This document shows, piece by piece, positions 50,881 through 63,689 of a stretch of DNA of 64,000 nucleotides. Position 1 is the first letter of the stretch. The number at the start of each line of letters is the position of its first letter. The stretch covers positions 170,998,001 through 171,062,000 of the forward strand of contig NC_086097.1 of the NCBI RefSeq assembly GCF_963921235.1. Direction: 5' to 3'. The notes beneath the pieces are model-generated. The model saw only the letters and a program-made list of their open reading frames with translations. It did no database searches and was not told where the DNA came from. The translations under genes were made by a program, and so were the position numbers. The DNA is from Mobula hypostoma (Eukaryota).

Positions 50881-51051
50881 GAAGTTGAATTATTATTGTC
50901 ACATGTATGAAGGTACAGTGAAAAGCCTTGTTTGTTTGCTAGCCGAACAGATCATTCCATACAGAAGTATATCAAAAGAAACACAGAATGCAGAATATAC
51001 TTTTGTAGTTCCAGAGAAAGTGCAAGGGCACCACAAGATAGATTAGGAAAG

Positions 51052-52130
51052 CAAAGTTCAAAGTAAATTTATTATCAAAATACTTGTATGTCACCATATA
51101 CAACTCTGAGATTCACATCCGTAATAGAATAACAACCATAACAGAAATAATGAAACACCACATCAACAGGGGCATTTAACCAGTGTGTGAAAGACAACAA
51201 AATGTGCCAATGCAAGGAGAATTAAATAATAATAATAAATAAATAAGCAACAAATGTCAAGAACATGAAATGGAGAGTCCTCGAAAGTGAGTCCACAGGC
51301 TGTGGGAACATTTCAATGATGGAGCAAGTAAAGCTTGAGTGAAGTTGTCTCCTTTGGTTCAAGAGCCTGATGTTTGAGGGGTAATAACTATTCCTGAACC
51401 TGGTGGCGTGAGTCCTGGGGGTCTTGTACATTCTTTCTGAAGGCAACAGCAAAAACACAACTGGGTGGTGGGAATTCCTGACGATGGATGTTGCTTTCCT
51501 GCGCTAACACTTCGTGTTGACGTGCTCAATTGTAGGGATGGCTTTACCTGTGATAGACTTGGCCATATCCACATGTTTTGGTAAGATTTTCCACTCAAGG
51601 GCTTTGGTGCTTCCATACCAGGCTGTGAAGCAGCCAGTCAATGAACACCCCACAACATATCTATAGAAGTTTGTCAATATTTTAGATATTATGTCGAATC
51701 GTAACAAATCCCTAAGAAAGTAGAGATGCTGTTGTGGTTTCTTTGCAATTTCATTTACGTGGTGGGCCCAGATCAAGTCTTCTGAAAAGATAACACCAAA
51801 GAATTTAAATTTGCTGACCCTCTCCACCTCTGATCCTCAGATGAGAATTGGTTCATTGTTTCTCCTCCTGAAGTCAATAATCAGCTTTTTGGTCTTGCTG
51901 ACATTGAGTAACAGGTTGTTGTTATGGCACCAGTCAGCCAGATTTTCAATCTCCCTCCCATACGCTGATTCATCAGCACCTTTGATTTGGCCTGGGTCAG
52001 TGGTGTTGTCAGCAAACTTGAATATGGCATTGGAGCTATACTTAGCCATACAGTCATAAGCATAAGCAAGTAGAGCAGAGGGCTAAGCCCACAGCCTTGT
52101 GGTGCACCTGTGCTAATGAAGATCATGAAG
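51052..52130 (-). mobile_element. Rex1/Babar-type LINE 3' part
   Basis: [46 protein letters not shown]. Confidence 0.9.
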
Positions 52131-52237
52131 AAGTAGAGTTTAGCATCTGAGAGGTCCATTGCAGAGTCTGATTACAACAGAATAAATTCCAGCTTTCTCA
52201 GTGTTGTTAATTCATAGCAGCAACTGCTTGCATTGTC

Positions 52238-53080
52238 ATAAACAAGAGAAAGTCTACAAATGCTGGAAATCCAAAGCAACACACACAAAATACTGGAGGA
52301 ACTCAGCAGATTAGGTAGCATCTTCAGAAATAAATAAATAGCTGAGATCCTTCTTTAGAACTGAGGAGAAAGGAGAAGACGCCAGAATAAAAAGGTGGGG
52401 GGGGGAGGGGGTTAGCTGGTTGGTGATAGGTGAGACTAGGTGGGTGGGAAAGGTCAAGGGCTAAGAAGGAATTTGATAGGAGAGGGGTATGGACTGTGTG
52501 AGTAAAGGAAGTAGGGGGCGGGGGGGTTGATAGGCAGGTGAGAAGAGGTAAAAGGTCAAATTGGGGAATGGGAGGGGAGATTTTTTTACTGGAAAGGGAA
52601 ATCGGTATTTATGCCATCAGGTTGGAGTCTACTCAGAAGGAATACAGGAGTTTTTCCTCTGCCCTGAGGGTGACCTCACTGTGACACAAGAAGTGGCTAT
52701 GGACCGACATGTCGAAATGGGAATGGGAATCAGAATTAAAATATTTGGCCACTGGGAAGCTCCGCTTTTGGTGGATGGAACGGAGGTACTAGATGAAGCA
52801 GTGGCCCAGTTTACAACAAGTCTCACCCTTGTAAAGGAAGCTGCATTGGGAGCACCAGACACAATAGACGAACCCAGCAGATTCACAGATGAACTGTTGC
52901 CCCACTTGGCAAGACTGTTTGGGGTCCTGAATGGATGTGAGGGAGGATGTGTATGGCAGGGACTGCTTGCAGGAATAAGTGCCTGGAGGGAGATCAGAGG
53001 GGAGGGATGAATGGACAGGGAATTGTGGAGGGAGTGATCCCTGCGGAAAGCAGGACGGTTGGAAATGAAGATACACTTAG
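52238..53080 (-). mobile_element. Decayed PLE 3' part (GIY-YIG and pLTR)
   Basis: DLPPGTYSCK..FICESAGFVYCVWCSQCSFLYKGET. Confidence 0.85.
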
Positions 53081-53289
53081 TGGGAAATTATTGTAATGCA
53101 CTAATTTTCACACTTAATGAGATTTGAACAAATGCCAATGGCATTCCTCATGGATAAGTGTGTCTTCTGAACAACTGGATTGACCATTGGGATTCCTGAG
53201 GTGTCACATTTGATAAACGGTGTGGGAACGGATTATGCTAGCTGTCCTGCCAAGGCAGTGGGAGGTGTAGATGGAGTTAATGGAGGAAA

Positions 53290-54275
53290 GGCTTGTTTAC
53301 AGATGCACCACAGAAAGCTTCCTATCCAGATGCATAACAGCTTTGTACGGCAACTGCTCTGTCCATGACAGCAAGGAACTGCAGAGTTGTGAACACGACC
53401 CAGTCCATCACGATAGACAGACTTTATCAACTCTGTCTACACTTTCCACTTATTTGGAAAAGCAGTCAATGTCATCAAGGATTTCTCCCATCCTCGCCAT
53501 TCTCTCTTCTGCCCTTCCTATCGGATAAAGGATATAAAAGTTGAGGACCTGTACCACCAAACTCTAAAATAGCTTTTATCAATCCAGCTGTTAAAGACTT
53601 GAATAGATCTCTTATAATATGATAAAGAAGAACTCTTGAGCTGTCATTCTACCTTGCACCTTATTGTCTGCCTGCGCTGCACGTTCTCTGTGACTGTAAC
53701 ACCATATTCTGCTTTCTGCTATTATTTTTCCCATTGTACTAACTCGATGTACTTATGGAATGAATGGTTTGGGGAGATTAGGTATGTCACCAAAGACTTG
53801 CAAATTTCTGCAGATGTACTGTGGAGAGCATTTGAACTGGTTGCATCACTGTCTGGTGTGGAGGGGCCACGGCACATGATTGGAAAAAGCTGCAGAGGGC
53901 TGTAAACTCAGTCAGCTCCATCATGAGCAATAACCTCCCCACCATGGAGGATATCTTCAAAATGTGATGCCTCAAAAAGGTGGCATCCATCATTAAGGAA
54001 ACCTTACCAGCCAGGATACGCCCACTTCTTGTTACTACCATCAAGGAGGAGGTAAATACTCAATATGCCAGGGACAGCTTTTTCTCCTCTGCCATCGGAT
54101 TTCTGAATGGTCAGTGAATGCATGAACACTAATACAGTGCAATACATAAAAGATACTATAAATTACAATAAAATATACAATGCAGGTATATTTATTATGT
54201 ATGTGACTACTGCAAAACAACATATTTCGTGACATACTGTATGTCAATGAATAATAAAGCTGATTCTGATTCTGA
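53290..54275 (+). mobile_element. Two tandem Rex1-type 3' fragments
   Basis: YRCTTESFLSRCITALYGNCS; (ctgatt)n tail at ~54260. Confidence 0.7.
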
Positions 54276-54608
54276 TCTGTCTGGAGATACACAAACAATG
54301 TTTTTCATTGTAGTTTGGTACACGTGACAATAAGAAACTAACTACCAATTGCCTAATTGACATAATCAAATTCCACTCTGGAGAAGACCAAATTTCAATA
54401 CCCTCCAGAATCCTAACGAGTGGCTTATGAATGTGACAGGTACACTGAGAGCCTAGTCGTTTGCAAAGTCAGAAAGTAGCAGCACTTTAATGCTTCCTAG
54501 CACTCTATTAATCATAGCTTTCACATCGGTCCTTCTGGTTTTCTCAGCCTCATAAATGTATTTACTTCAGTTTAAATTCTGCCCTGCTTTCTTATTTTTC
54601 TAAAGAAA

Positions 54609-55574
54609 ATGCTTCTTTTAACTAACTTTCCAATCATAGCAATCCCCTCTCTCATCATGGGAAATGTGAGATCGCTGGGGAATAAAATGGTCGAACTGAC
54701 GGTGCTTGTCAGGAGTCAGAGAACATTTCGGGAGAGCAGTGTCATGTGTTTTACTGAAACATGGCTGCACGAGGACATACCCGATCAAAGTGTTCCCATA
54801 GAGGGCTTCCAGACCGTTCGAGCTGACCGGAATTGCACTGAGAGCGGTAAGCGTAAAGGAGGGGGGCTTGCGGTTCTGGTAAACAACAGATGGTGCAATC
54901 CTGGGCATATTACGGTCAAGGAACGCGTTTCTAGCCTGGATATTGAACTTTTTGCTGTTGGACTCTGGCCATATTATTTGCCAAGGGAAATCTCGCCTGC
55001 AATTGTGGTTGTAGTGTACATCCCTCCCTCTGCTAACCCGACGTCGGTGTGTAACATCATTTACACCGTCATAGCCATATTACAAACCCAGCACTCGAGT
55101 GCCCTCATTACCATCTCGGGTGACTTCAACCATGTTACCATGGCTAGAACACTGCCCAACTTCACGCAGTATGTGAGCTGTACAACCAGAGGGGAGAGGA
55201 CGATGCTGAGGATGTTCTACGAGTCTGTGGTGGCCAGTGCGATCATGTTTGCTGTTGTGTGCTGGGGCAGCAGGCTGAGGGTAGCAGACACCAACAGAAT
55301 CAACAAACTCATTCGGAAGGCCAGTGATGTTGTGGGGATGGAACTGGACTCTCTCATGGTGGTGTCTGAAAAGAGGATGCTGTCTAAGTTGCATGCCACC
55401 TTGGACAATGTCTCCCATCCACTACATAATGTACTGGGTGGGCACAGGAGTACATTCAGCCAGAGACTCATTCCATCGAGATGCAACACAGAGCGTCATA
55501 GGAAGTCATTCCTGTCTGTGGCCATCAAACTTTACAATTCCTCCCTTGGAAGGTCAGACACCCTGAGCCAATAG
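54609..55574 (+). CDS. 321-aa open frame of an internally deleted Rex1 copy: APE fragment fused to the ORF2 C-terminus, no RT (element ~54640-55722)
   Basis: Closely matches ~24930-25484 joined to ~27231-27738 at ggac (55198-55201). The ATG lies in flanking DNA; expression is unknown. Confidence 0.55.
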   Translation: MLLLTNFPIIAIPSLIMGNVRSLGNKMVELTVLVRSQRTFRESSVMCFTETWLHEDIPDQSVPIEGFQTVRADRNCTESGKRKGGGLAVLVNNRWCNPGHITVKERVSSLDIELFAVGLWPYYLPREISPAIVVVVYIPPSANPTSVCNIIYTVIAILQTQHSSALITISGDFNHVTMARTLPNFTQYVSCTTRGERTMLRMFYESVVASAIMFAVVCWGSRLRVADTNRINKLIRKASDVVGMELDSLMVVSEKRMLSKLHATLDNVSHPLHNVLGGHRSTFSQRLIPSRCNTERHRKSFLSVAIKLYNSSLGRSDTLSQ

Positions 55575-56473
55575 GCTGGTCCTGGACTTATTTCATAATT
55601 TACTGGCATAATTTACATATTACTATTTAACTATTTATGGTTTTATTACTATTTATTATTTATGGCGCAACTGTAACGAAAACCAATTTCCCCCGGGATC
55701 AATAAAGTATGACTATGACTATTCTATGCTATCATATGTCAGACCTGATGTCATTTTCCAACAATCCCCAAAAATGAAGGTCAGGTCAGTACGTGCTGAG
55801 GATGAAGACCTGTGATCTTTGAAGTCTAGAATCATGATCAACCGACCCAGAGGACGAGGGCTGGTGATCCCCGATCAGGGTGGTAGGTAAGAAGAAGTTT
55901 ATTTTGTTGTGTCTGCCTTGCTGTATGTTGGCTGCACATTGTTCTGCTGAACATTGCGGACATGCTATGTCGGCACTGGAACTGTGGTGACACTTGTGGG
56001 TTGTCCACAGCACATTACTGGACTGTGTTGGTTGTTAACATAAACAACACATTTCACTGTATGTTTTGATGTACATGTAACCAATCTAAATCTTTCCTGT
56101 AGTGTGGTGTTGGGAGTACATGTATGTACTGTATGTAAGTGGGCATAAAGAAAGAGTTAAATTTGATTCCTCCTTGGTATATGTTAAAATGTGTAACACA
56201 ATACGGAAGTTTGTAAGACAAAATAATGTTTGTCTGGAAAATGACAATATTTTAAGGAAGTAGAAGAAAACCATTGCACAGCATTTGTTTTGAGAACTTG
56301 GTGTGAGTACCGTCTATAGCCTCAAGAGTAGATAATGTTGAAAAACATGCTTTTGTGGAAAAATAATGGGGTAAAAGTTACGTTAGATTTTTGAAGGCAA
56401 TTTCTTTGTGCAAGTGGTGAATCTTCTCTTAGGCAGGGTCGTGACTAGTGCTAAGGGTTGGAGATAGATCATG

Positions 56474-56476
<3 letters not shown>

Positions 56477-56505
<29 letters not shown>
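56477..56505. repeat. (AG)n microsatellite
   Basis: Seen directly. Confidence 0.95.
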
Positions 56506-56509
<4 letters not shown>

Positions 56510-57429
56510 AAAAAAAGGGAGAGTAAGCTATTGGGCATTTGCAGCTCCCTCAGGCTGTATATTGTGTGGAGTGGCTTAGTGATCGGTTGGTAAGTATCAC
56601 TTTTTCTCTTTTATTACCTTATTCATCATTTTTCTTTCCTTTTGTATTTTATTCTTTATTTGACTCTTATGATGTAATCTCTTATAACCTTTAACATGTG
56701 CACAGTGTCTCCTCAGTTTATGGATATTACTTGATGATTAATCAGAAAAGAACAAGAATAAATCTTAGAATATTTTTCGTACAGTGGGTCATGTGAGCCT
56801 CTTATGTTCAACCTCATCATATGTGTTGGGTAAATGTTAGTTGTTATATACCCTGCGATAATAGTCACGTTACACTTCAGAGCTCACTGTAACTTCTGAG
56901 TGCTATTATAGGTACGTGAGGAATAGAAGCAGGAGTCAGCTATATAGACCTTTGAACCTGCTCTCTGCCATTCATTGGGTTCAGGGCAGATATTCAACCT
57001 CAGCTCTATCCCCACATCCTTCAATTCCCTTAACACCTTGAAATCTAATCATCTCTGTCTTTTATGAAGATGAATGGTGCTTCCATAACCATCTGAGGTA
57101 AAGAATTCCAAAGTTTCTCCAGCCTCCGAGTGAAGGAATTTCTCTTTATCTCAGTTCTAAACTGCCTGGCCTTTGCTCTCAAACTGTGAACAGCGGTCTG
57201 GTTGAGGAAATATCTTCCCTGCACTGAGTAATTTTATGTTTCAATCATAGCTCTTCTAAACTCTTGATGGCACAATTCCAGTCTACTCAAACTCTCCTCA
57301 TACTGCAACTCCCATCCCAGGATTAGTCTGATGAACTTCACTCTATGGCAAGCAGATTATGTTGGGAGGGAGACTGAAAGTGTACACAGTATTCCAGGTA
57401 TAGTATCAGCTATATGATTACAATGGAAA

Positions 57430-57985
57430 CATAGAGTCATAGAGTTATACAGCACAGAAACAGGCCCTTTGGCTCATCTCATCCATGCTGGAAAACGTTC
57501 CTCCCTGAGCTCAGCCCATTTACACTAATCCCTCTAAATGGGGAGTTCTCAGCCTGCGGTCCATGGACACCTCTGTTGGGGTTGGGGTCTGTGGCATAAA
57601 AAAAGATTAGGTATCTCTGCTCTAAACATAAATGTTCAAAAGTCTTTAGAACTTTGTAATTGTGTTCATTACTACCAGTTGCTCTGCCAGCTTGTTCCAT
57701 ATACCCACCACCCTCGACATTCCCCCCGCCACCCCCAGTGTGAAAAAATGTGCTGCTCGGGGACCTGGTAAATCTTTCTCCTTTTACTTTAAACCCATGT
57801 CCTCTACTTTCAGACTTCCTTGTCCTTGGAAAGGGACTGCAACCATCCACCTCATCTATGCCACATGATTTTGTAAACTTCTATAAGGTCACCTTCCAGC
57901 TTCAAGGAAAGCAGCCTATCCAGTTTCTCCTTATAACTCAAGCCTTCCAGTCCCAACAACATCCTTGTGAATCTTTTCTTCACGG
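57430..57985 (-). mobile_element. CR1 3' end carrying a small hAT-type insertion
   Basis: FPRTRKSESRGHGFKVKGERF on the minus strand; tail atagagtcatagag. Confidence 0.8.
57540..57619. mobile_element. 80-bp hAT-type MITE
   Basis: 8-bp TSD ctctaaat (57532-57539) and ctctaaac (57620-57627); degenerate CAGGGG-type TIRs. Confidence 0.6.
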
Positions 57986-58295
57986 ATCTGAATCAGCAAA
58001 TGTGTGACAGTGGCTGGATTGTCAATAAAACTTCCTTATTAGTGTAATCAGATCCACTGGAAATTATCTACACCATAAGATTGATCCGCAGGTATGACTA
58101 TTGACAACAAGCATATCCATAGCAGCCAACACTAATCTGATCCAGAAACAAAATGGTGCTTTAATGAAACTCTTTGATTAACTAGTGGATATTACTGATT
58201 GGCAGTGCTGGCCACTGAGATGGATATTAACTTCCTGGGCTGGGGGGCTTCTCATGTTTTGCCAAACTCGTTTTCTGAACACAGCAGATGCCACT

Positions 58296-60000
58296 TGTAA
58301 GATTAAACAGATGCAAGTAAACTTCCAGCCAATATTGCTCTGTGTAGCTTCTGGTCATAAATGAGAGCCAGTCTTCAGTTCTTAAAATGTAAATGGCAAG
58401 CAATGATCAGTTTGAAGTTAAAACAAAGTGCTATAGGGCAGTTTTGCAAACTAGCTTTTTATATAGCCAGACACTCTGTAGTAAGTAACTGCATCTAGTT
58501 TATTATTGCTTGAGAGGTGCGGTATAAGATAATGGGCTATTTAATTTGTCTTGTTTCAAAACGAAAAAGTTGACTAAGTTGTTTAGCTCAAGGAAGCTTG
58601 CAGACCAGATGGATAATATCATTTAGCATATCAAATAACTCATGTATTTATAGTTGGAAGGTTTATGTTCTCAGAGAAGTTAGTTTTACAGTGTTAGTGG
58701 TAGGTAACTGAAATCTGTGTCTCCAAAAAGCTTGTATACCATTTGTGTACAGAGGATATCTGAGAAAGGACCATATGAGTGTGAAGTCCCCCAAGTGGAA
58801 GAAGCAGTGTAAGTGAAGAGAGCAGTTTAGAATTATTAGGAATTGGGTAAGGAACATCAAGAAGCATGAAAGAAATACAGGGTGAACTAAAATTATTTCT
58901 TTGGCTTTGGTTTCTGTGATGGACAATTCGTGAATCTGCATCATTGGTAGGTATTTTTAGTTTGTAGGAATTAGATTAGATTAGATTAGATTATGAGGAC
59001 ACGCAGTCCTCTTTTATTGTCATTTAGTAATGCATGCATTAAGAAATGATACAATGCTTTTCCAGAATATCACAGAAACACATGACAAACCGACTTAAAA
59101 ACTGACAAAAACCACATAATTATAACATATAGTTACAACAGTGCAAAGCAATATCGTAATTTGATAAGAACAGACCATGGCACGGTAAAAGTCTCAAAGT
59201 CTCTCGAAAGTCCCATCATCTCACGCAGACGGTGAACCTCCAGCGTCGCAAACTTGCAGGTGCAGCATCCTGGAAGCATCCAACCACAGTCCGACTCCAA
59301 CCCCGTCCAAAAACTCCGAGCCTCTGACCAGCTCCCCGACGCCGAGCACCGAGCACCGAGCACCATCTCTGCAAAGCGTTTCGACCCCAGCCCCGGCAAC
59401 AGGCAAAGCCGAGGATTTGGGGCCTTCCCCTCTGGAGATTCTCGATTGCACAGTAGCAGCAGCAGCGAAACGGGCATTTCAGAAGTTTCTCCAGGTGTTC
59501 CTCTGTGCTTCTCATGTCTGTCTCCATCAAATCCGGATTGTGCACGGCCCCTAGTTAACACATATGATATCATTCGGAACGGCCACGCGCGCTGCATCAC
59601 GCCGCCATCTTCTCCTCCCTCCTGTGCTTTGGAAATCCTTTGTGTTTTAGGTATGGTTTGTATTTTGGAAGTGGTTTGTAATTTGGAAATGTTTAAGGTA
59701 GAAATCCTCCATGATGTTCAAATTTGTTTTAACAGTGTTGTTTGGATTTAAATGTGTATCACTGAAAATAAATGAACTGTGTTTTAAACTACTTTGCTAG
59801 TTGTAAGTACCTTCCCCTTGGTAAGGAGAGGAGACCCACCACTCAAATAGTGGGTATTGGCAGCTAAACTCACTGTGGGGAATAAACAGGGAATTGAACT
59901 AGTCTTTGAAGTTTGGGTTGTTACAGAATAATCTCCCTTTAGTGAGGGATCACTAGATCAGATAGTGCTTAAGGTCTTTGTTTGGGTTTAGAACTTAACA
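58296..60000 (+). mobile_element. Putative solo LTR, copy B, interrupted at 58971-59622
   Basis: tgtaag...ttaaca ends; aataaa at ~59767 and 59881; inverted homology to 31849-32857. Confidence 0.65.
58971..59622 (-). mobile_element. Young CpG-rich non-autonomous retroelement
   Basis: 5' ggagaagatggcggcg; 3' aataaaag...(tctaa)4 tail; no coding homology recognised. Confidence 0.7.
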
Positions 60001-60119
60001 GTCAGCAAACCCATAACTATCACACCACATTTGGTCAAGTTTTCAGAGGTCAGGGCAGGAAAACGAATGGAAATCAAAGTCCAGAGCACACGAGTTGATA
60101 GGAGCCACCCATCTACAGG

Positions 60120-60575
60120 AAAGCTTGAAGAAGTGCAGAGAAAATTCGCAACAACTTTGCCAGGACTTGTGACCTGAGTTATAGAGAAAGGATTAATAGG
60201 CTAGAACTTAATTCCCTGAAGTGCAGGAGAATGTGTGGTGATCTTATAGTGGTATATTAAATTATGAGGAGTATAGAAATGGTGGTTTCATGTTGGCATT
60301 TTCCCTTCTGGTTGAGTGAGACTAGAACTAGGGTGAAAGGGTAATCTGAGAGGAAAGTTCGTCAGTCAAGTGTGGAACAAGCTACCAACTGAAATGGGAG
60401 ATGTTGGTTCATTTGTAATAGCCAAGAGAAGATTGGAGAAGTACATGGATAGGAAGGGTTTGGAGCGATATTATGTGGGTGCAGTTAGATAGGACTAGGC
60501 AGAAGACCAGATTGGCACAGACTAGGTGAGCCAAAGAGTCTGTTTCTATGCTGTTTCTATCACTCTAGGACTCTA
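60120..60575 (+). mobile_element. Old CR1 3' fragment
   Basis: Degenerate match to other CR1 3' ends in the window. Confidence 0.7.
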
Positions 60576-60821
60576 AATCTACATGGGCAACTGCAACTAT
60601 ACAAGATAAAAGACAGCCAGTTCCAGGGATGGTGGGTTTGTAGATTAATTGATTGCTATAAATTTCCCTGGTGTGTCAGTGAATGGTAGAATCTGGGGCA
60701 CATTAATGGGACTGTGGTGAGAATAAAGATGGGATGAGTGTAGCATTGGTGTAAATGGATGGTTGTTGGCGAGCTCAGATGTGATGGGCCGAGAGGTCTG
60801 CTTCTGTGCTGTATCTCTCTA

Positions 60822-62097
60822 TCATCATCATCATAGCTTGTCACACCAGACAGCCAGCCACTCTAGTGTTGTTTGGTTGATGTTGAGCAGGTCAGTGTCA
60901 GCTAAATCAGGTGAGAGTGGCCAGTTGCACAGAACGTGTTCAATGTTCTGCACCCTTTCGCCACACTCACAGGACTCACTGGTCTTTAAACCCCACTTCA
61001 CCATATTGTCTCCCGTCCTACAAACTCCTGCTCTCGCTCTGTTGAGAGTGCACCACTTCCGTCTGTCAAGCAGTGGCCCGTCTGGTAACATTTCTGTGGG
61101 GTCTTGCACTGTATTGTTTAGTGGGGCTCTGGCTTCTGTTTGTTGCCAGAGGTCGATCCTGTATGTTTGGGAGGGATGTTCTGTGTGGTAGTTCCTCTAC
61201 TGTAGCAAAGCTTTTCCACGACTTTAGGCGGTTGGAAACTGGCACATGATGACATAGTGGGTGCCGTGGATCCGAGTTCTGTTTACCTTTTTCAATTATT
61301 GTTGTAGTGTGTCTTTGGATCTCTGGGGGAGCAATGCCTGCAAGTCTGTAAATGATGTTACTGGGTGTGGGTGCAGTGTGCCCGTGATTATTCAGCTGGC
61401 TTCATTAAGCAACGGGTCTATTTTCTTCGCATGGGCTGATCTGCCCCACACAGGTGCACAGTATTCTGCAGGTGCATAGCAGAGTGCTAGGGCAGTTGAT
61501 TTAAGTGTGTGAGCATTAGCTCCCCATTTCGTGCCTGCTAATATTTCCAAGAGAGAATTGCGAGAGCCAACTTTCCCTCGGAGTTTTTGGATGTGGGTGG
61601 CAAATGAGAGCATCCTATCCAGTGTCACGCCCAGATAAATGGGAGTCGGATGGTGTTCGAGCTCCTCCCCACACCAAATGATTTTGAGTTTCCGAGCTGC
61701 TTCTCGATTCCTCAGGTGGAATGCACAAACTTGAGTTTTTGATGGATTTGGGTTCAGAGACCATTTTTCATAATACTGCTTCATTGCTTTGAGGACTGCT
61801 GTAAGTCATACTTCAACTTCTTGGAAGGAGTTAGTTTGTGTTGCTATGCATAGGTTGTCTGCAGAGATAAACCTGAGTGTTAGGAAAGATTGGTTGGTCA
61901 TTTGTGTAGACATTAAATAGTAGAGGTGTCAGGACTGATCCCTCTGGTAGTCCGTTCTTTTGTGGACACCACCTACTCCTAATTCCATTCATTTCTACAT
62001 AAAATCTATGATTTTCTAGGAGGCTTCTTATTACTTTGACTGTGGTTTTGTTCTTTAACATTTTAGATAATTTCAGTAGAATGTCTCTGTGATTCAC
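60822..62097 (-). mobile_element. Vingi/Ingi-like (I group) LINE 3' part: RT and C-terminal CxC...H zinc knuckle
   Basis: SRWCPQKNGLPEGSVLTPLLFNVYTNDQP; LNPNPSKTQVCAFHLRNREA..YLGVTLDR; ALALCYAPAEYCAPVW; TLNRARAG..CECGERVQNIEHV; (GAT)n tail. Confidence 0.75.
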
Positions 62098-62679
62098 TAT
62101 GACTATAGCACAGAGACCACTGAATTAAAGTCAGTTCAGCACACAGGAAATCTGAGCATTACAATTTCACTACTTAGGCAGTAAACAGGACCAAATGGCA
62201 TCATAACTGCAGACAGGCTGTTTGAACAGCCTCAGGGTGTACAATCCAACATGCAAGTTACTCACAACTTACATGGAAAGAATGGAGTTGTGTTTTTTAT
62301 GGCTCACAATATTCTTGAGATGAAGGACCATGTTATGAATGTGTAAGCATCAAAGTTGGCTGTGAGGCATTGAGAGAAATCTATCATGTTGACAGTGGTT
62401 GGCTCTGGGACCAAGCACACATGGCTTGGTTGCTCCACTAAAAGATAGTCACTTCACAGGATTACTTCAGACCACAAACATTTCATGCAGCAAAAAGTTA
62501 TAAACTAAACACAAATAATCAGAGAACAGAGGAAGTAGTATGTTGCCTTACTGAAGAGTGAAGGAGTTCTTCAGATATGAAGCCTCTTGACAAGCACTTG
62601 AGTCTTTCAGGCACAGAAGACTATGGATCAAATGATTTAATGGGACCAGTATATGGGCTACATGGACATAATGGGCTGA

Positions 62680-63145
62680 AAGGCATCCATCATCAAGGAT
62701 TCTTGCCATCCGGGACATGCTCTCTTCTCGCGGCTACCATTGGGAAGGAGATACAGGAGCCTTAGGTCCCACACCACCAGGTTCAGGCAAGTTATTATCC
62801 TTCAACCATAGGCTCCTAAATCAGCATGGATAATTTCACTCATTGCAACACTGAACTGATTCCACAACCTATCACCTCACTTTCAAGGACTTTGCAACTT
62901 ATGTTCTCAAAATTTATTTATTTATTTGTCTGTTTATTTGCTTATTTCTTTATTTATGTATTTTTTTGTATTTGCACAATTCGTCTTCCTTTGCACATGG
63001 GATGTTTATCAGTCTTTGCAGTTTTTCATTGATTCAGTTGTATTTCTTTATTCTAGTATGAATGTCTGCAACAGAATGAGTCTCTGGGTAGAAGTACATG
63101 GTGGCATAAATGTACTTTGATAATTAAATTTATTTTGAACTTTGA
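62680..63145 (+). mobile_element. Rex1-type 3' end
   Basis: ggcatccatcatcaaggat..ggagatacaggagccttaggtcccacaccaccaggttcagg; tail tttgaactttgaa. Confidence 0.75.
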
Positions 63146-63689
63146 ATTTTCGAGAAGGGGTATACGGTAACAGTAGGCAAACACAAATACCGAGACCAGT
63201 GCTACAGAGAAAGCGCAATGATCGAACAAAACACAAAGACTCTACCTAATATTAATGCTGGCACAGAGTGTGCATTTGTGTAATGAGTTACAATACTGGG
63301 AAGCAATAGAATTTTAATTTCTCATTGCCAATCAACAACCAATGGAAAGAAATAAATATTCACATAACAGCAGAATGTTGCATCATGGGTTAAGTTACAG
63401 TCATAGATGCAAACCCCCTACCCTTGGGAGAGAGTACACATAGTTTCAAATCCTACCCAGAGTGGTCCTGAAGGGTTTGGGCAAATAGAGCGCATGTTAT
63501 ATTGCAAAGTACAACAAGGGGAAAGATTTAAAAGGGACATAAGTTGCAACTTCTCCATTCAGAATGTGGTCCGTAGCTGGAATGAACTGTCAGAGAAAGT
63601 GGTTGAGGCAGGTACATTGAGAATATTGAGACAGGAACATGGACAGGAATGACTCAGAGGGATCTGAGTGAAATGCTGGCAAATAGGAC

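Noticed and set aside
59133..59751. Overlapping 155-165-aa ORFs
   Set aside because: Stop-poor frames of a GC-rich repeat; no recognisable domain.
62215..62232. Short palindrome aggctgtttgaacagcct
   Set aside because: 8-bp arms are plausible by chance in 64 kb, and there is no supporting context.
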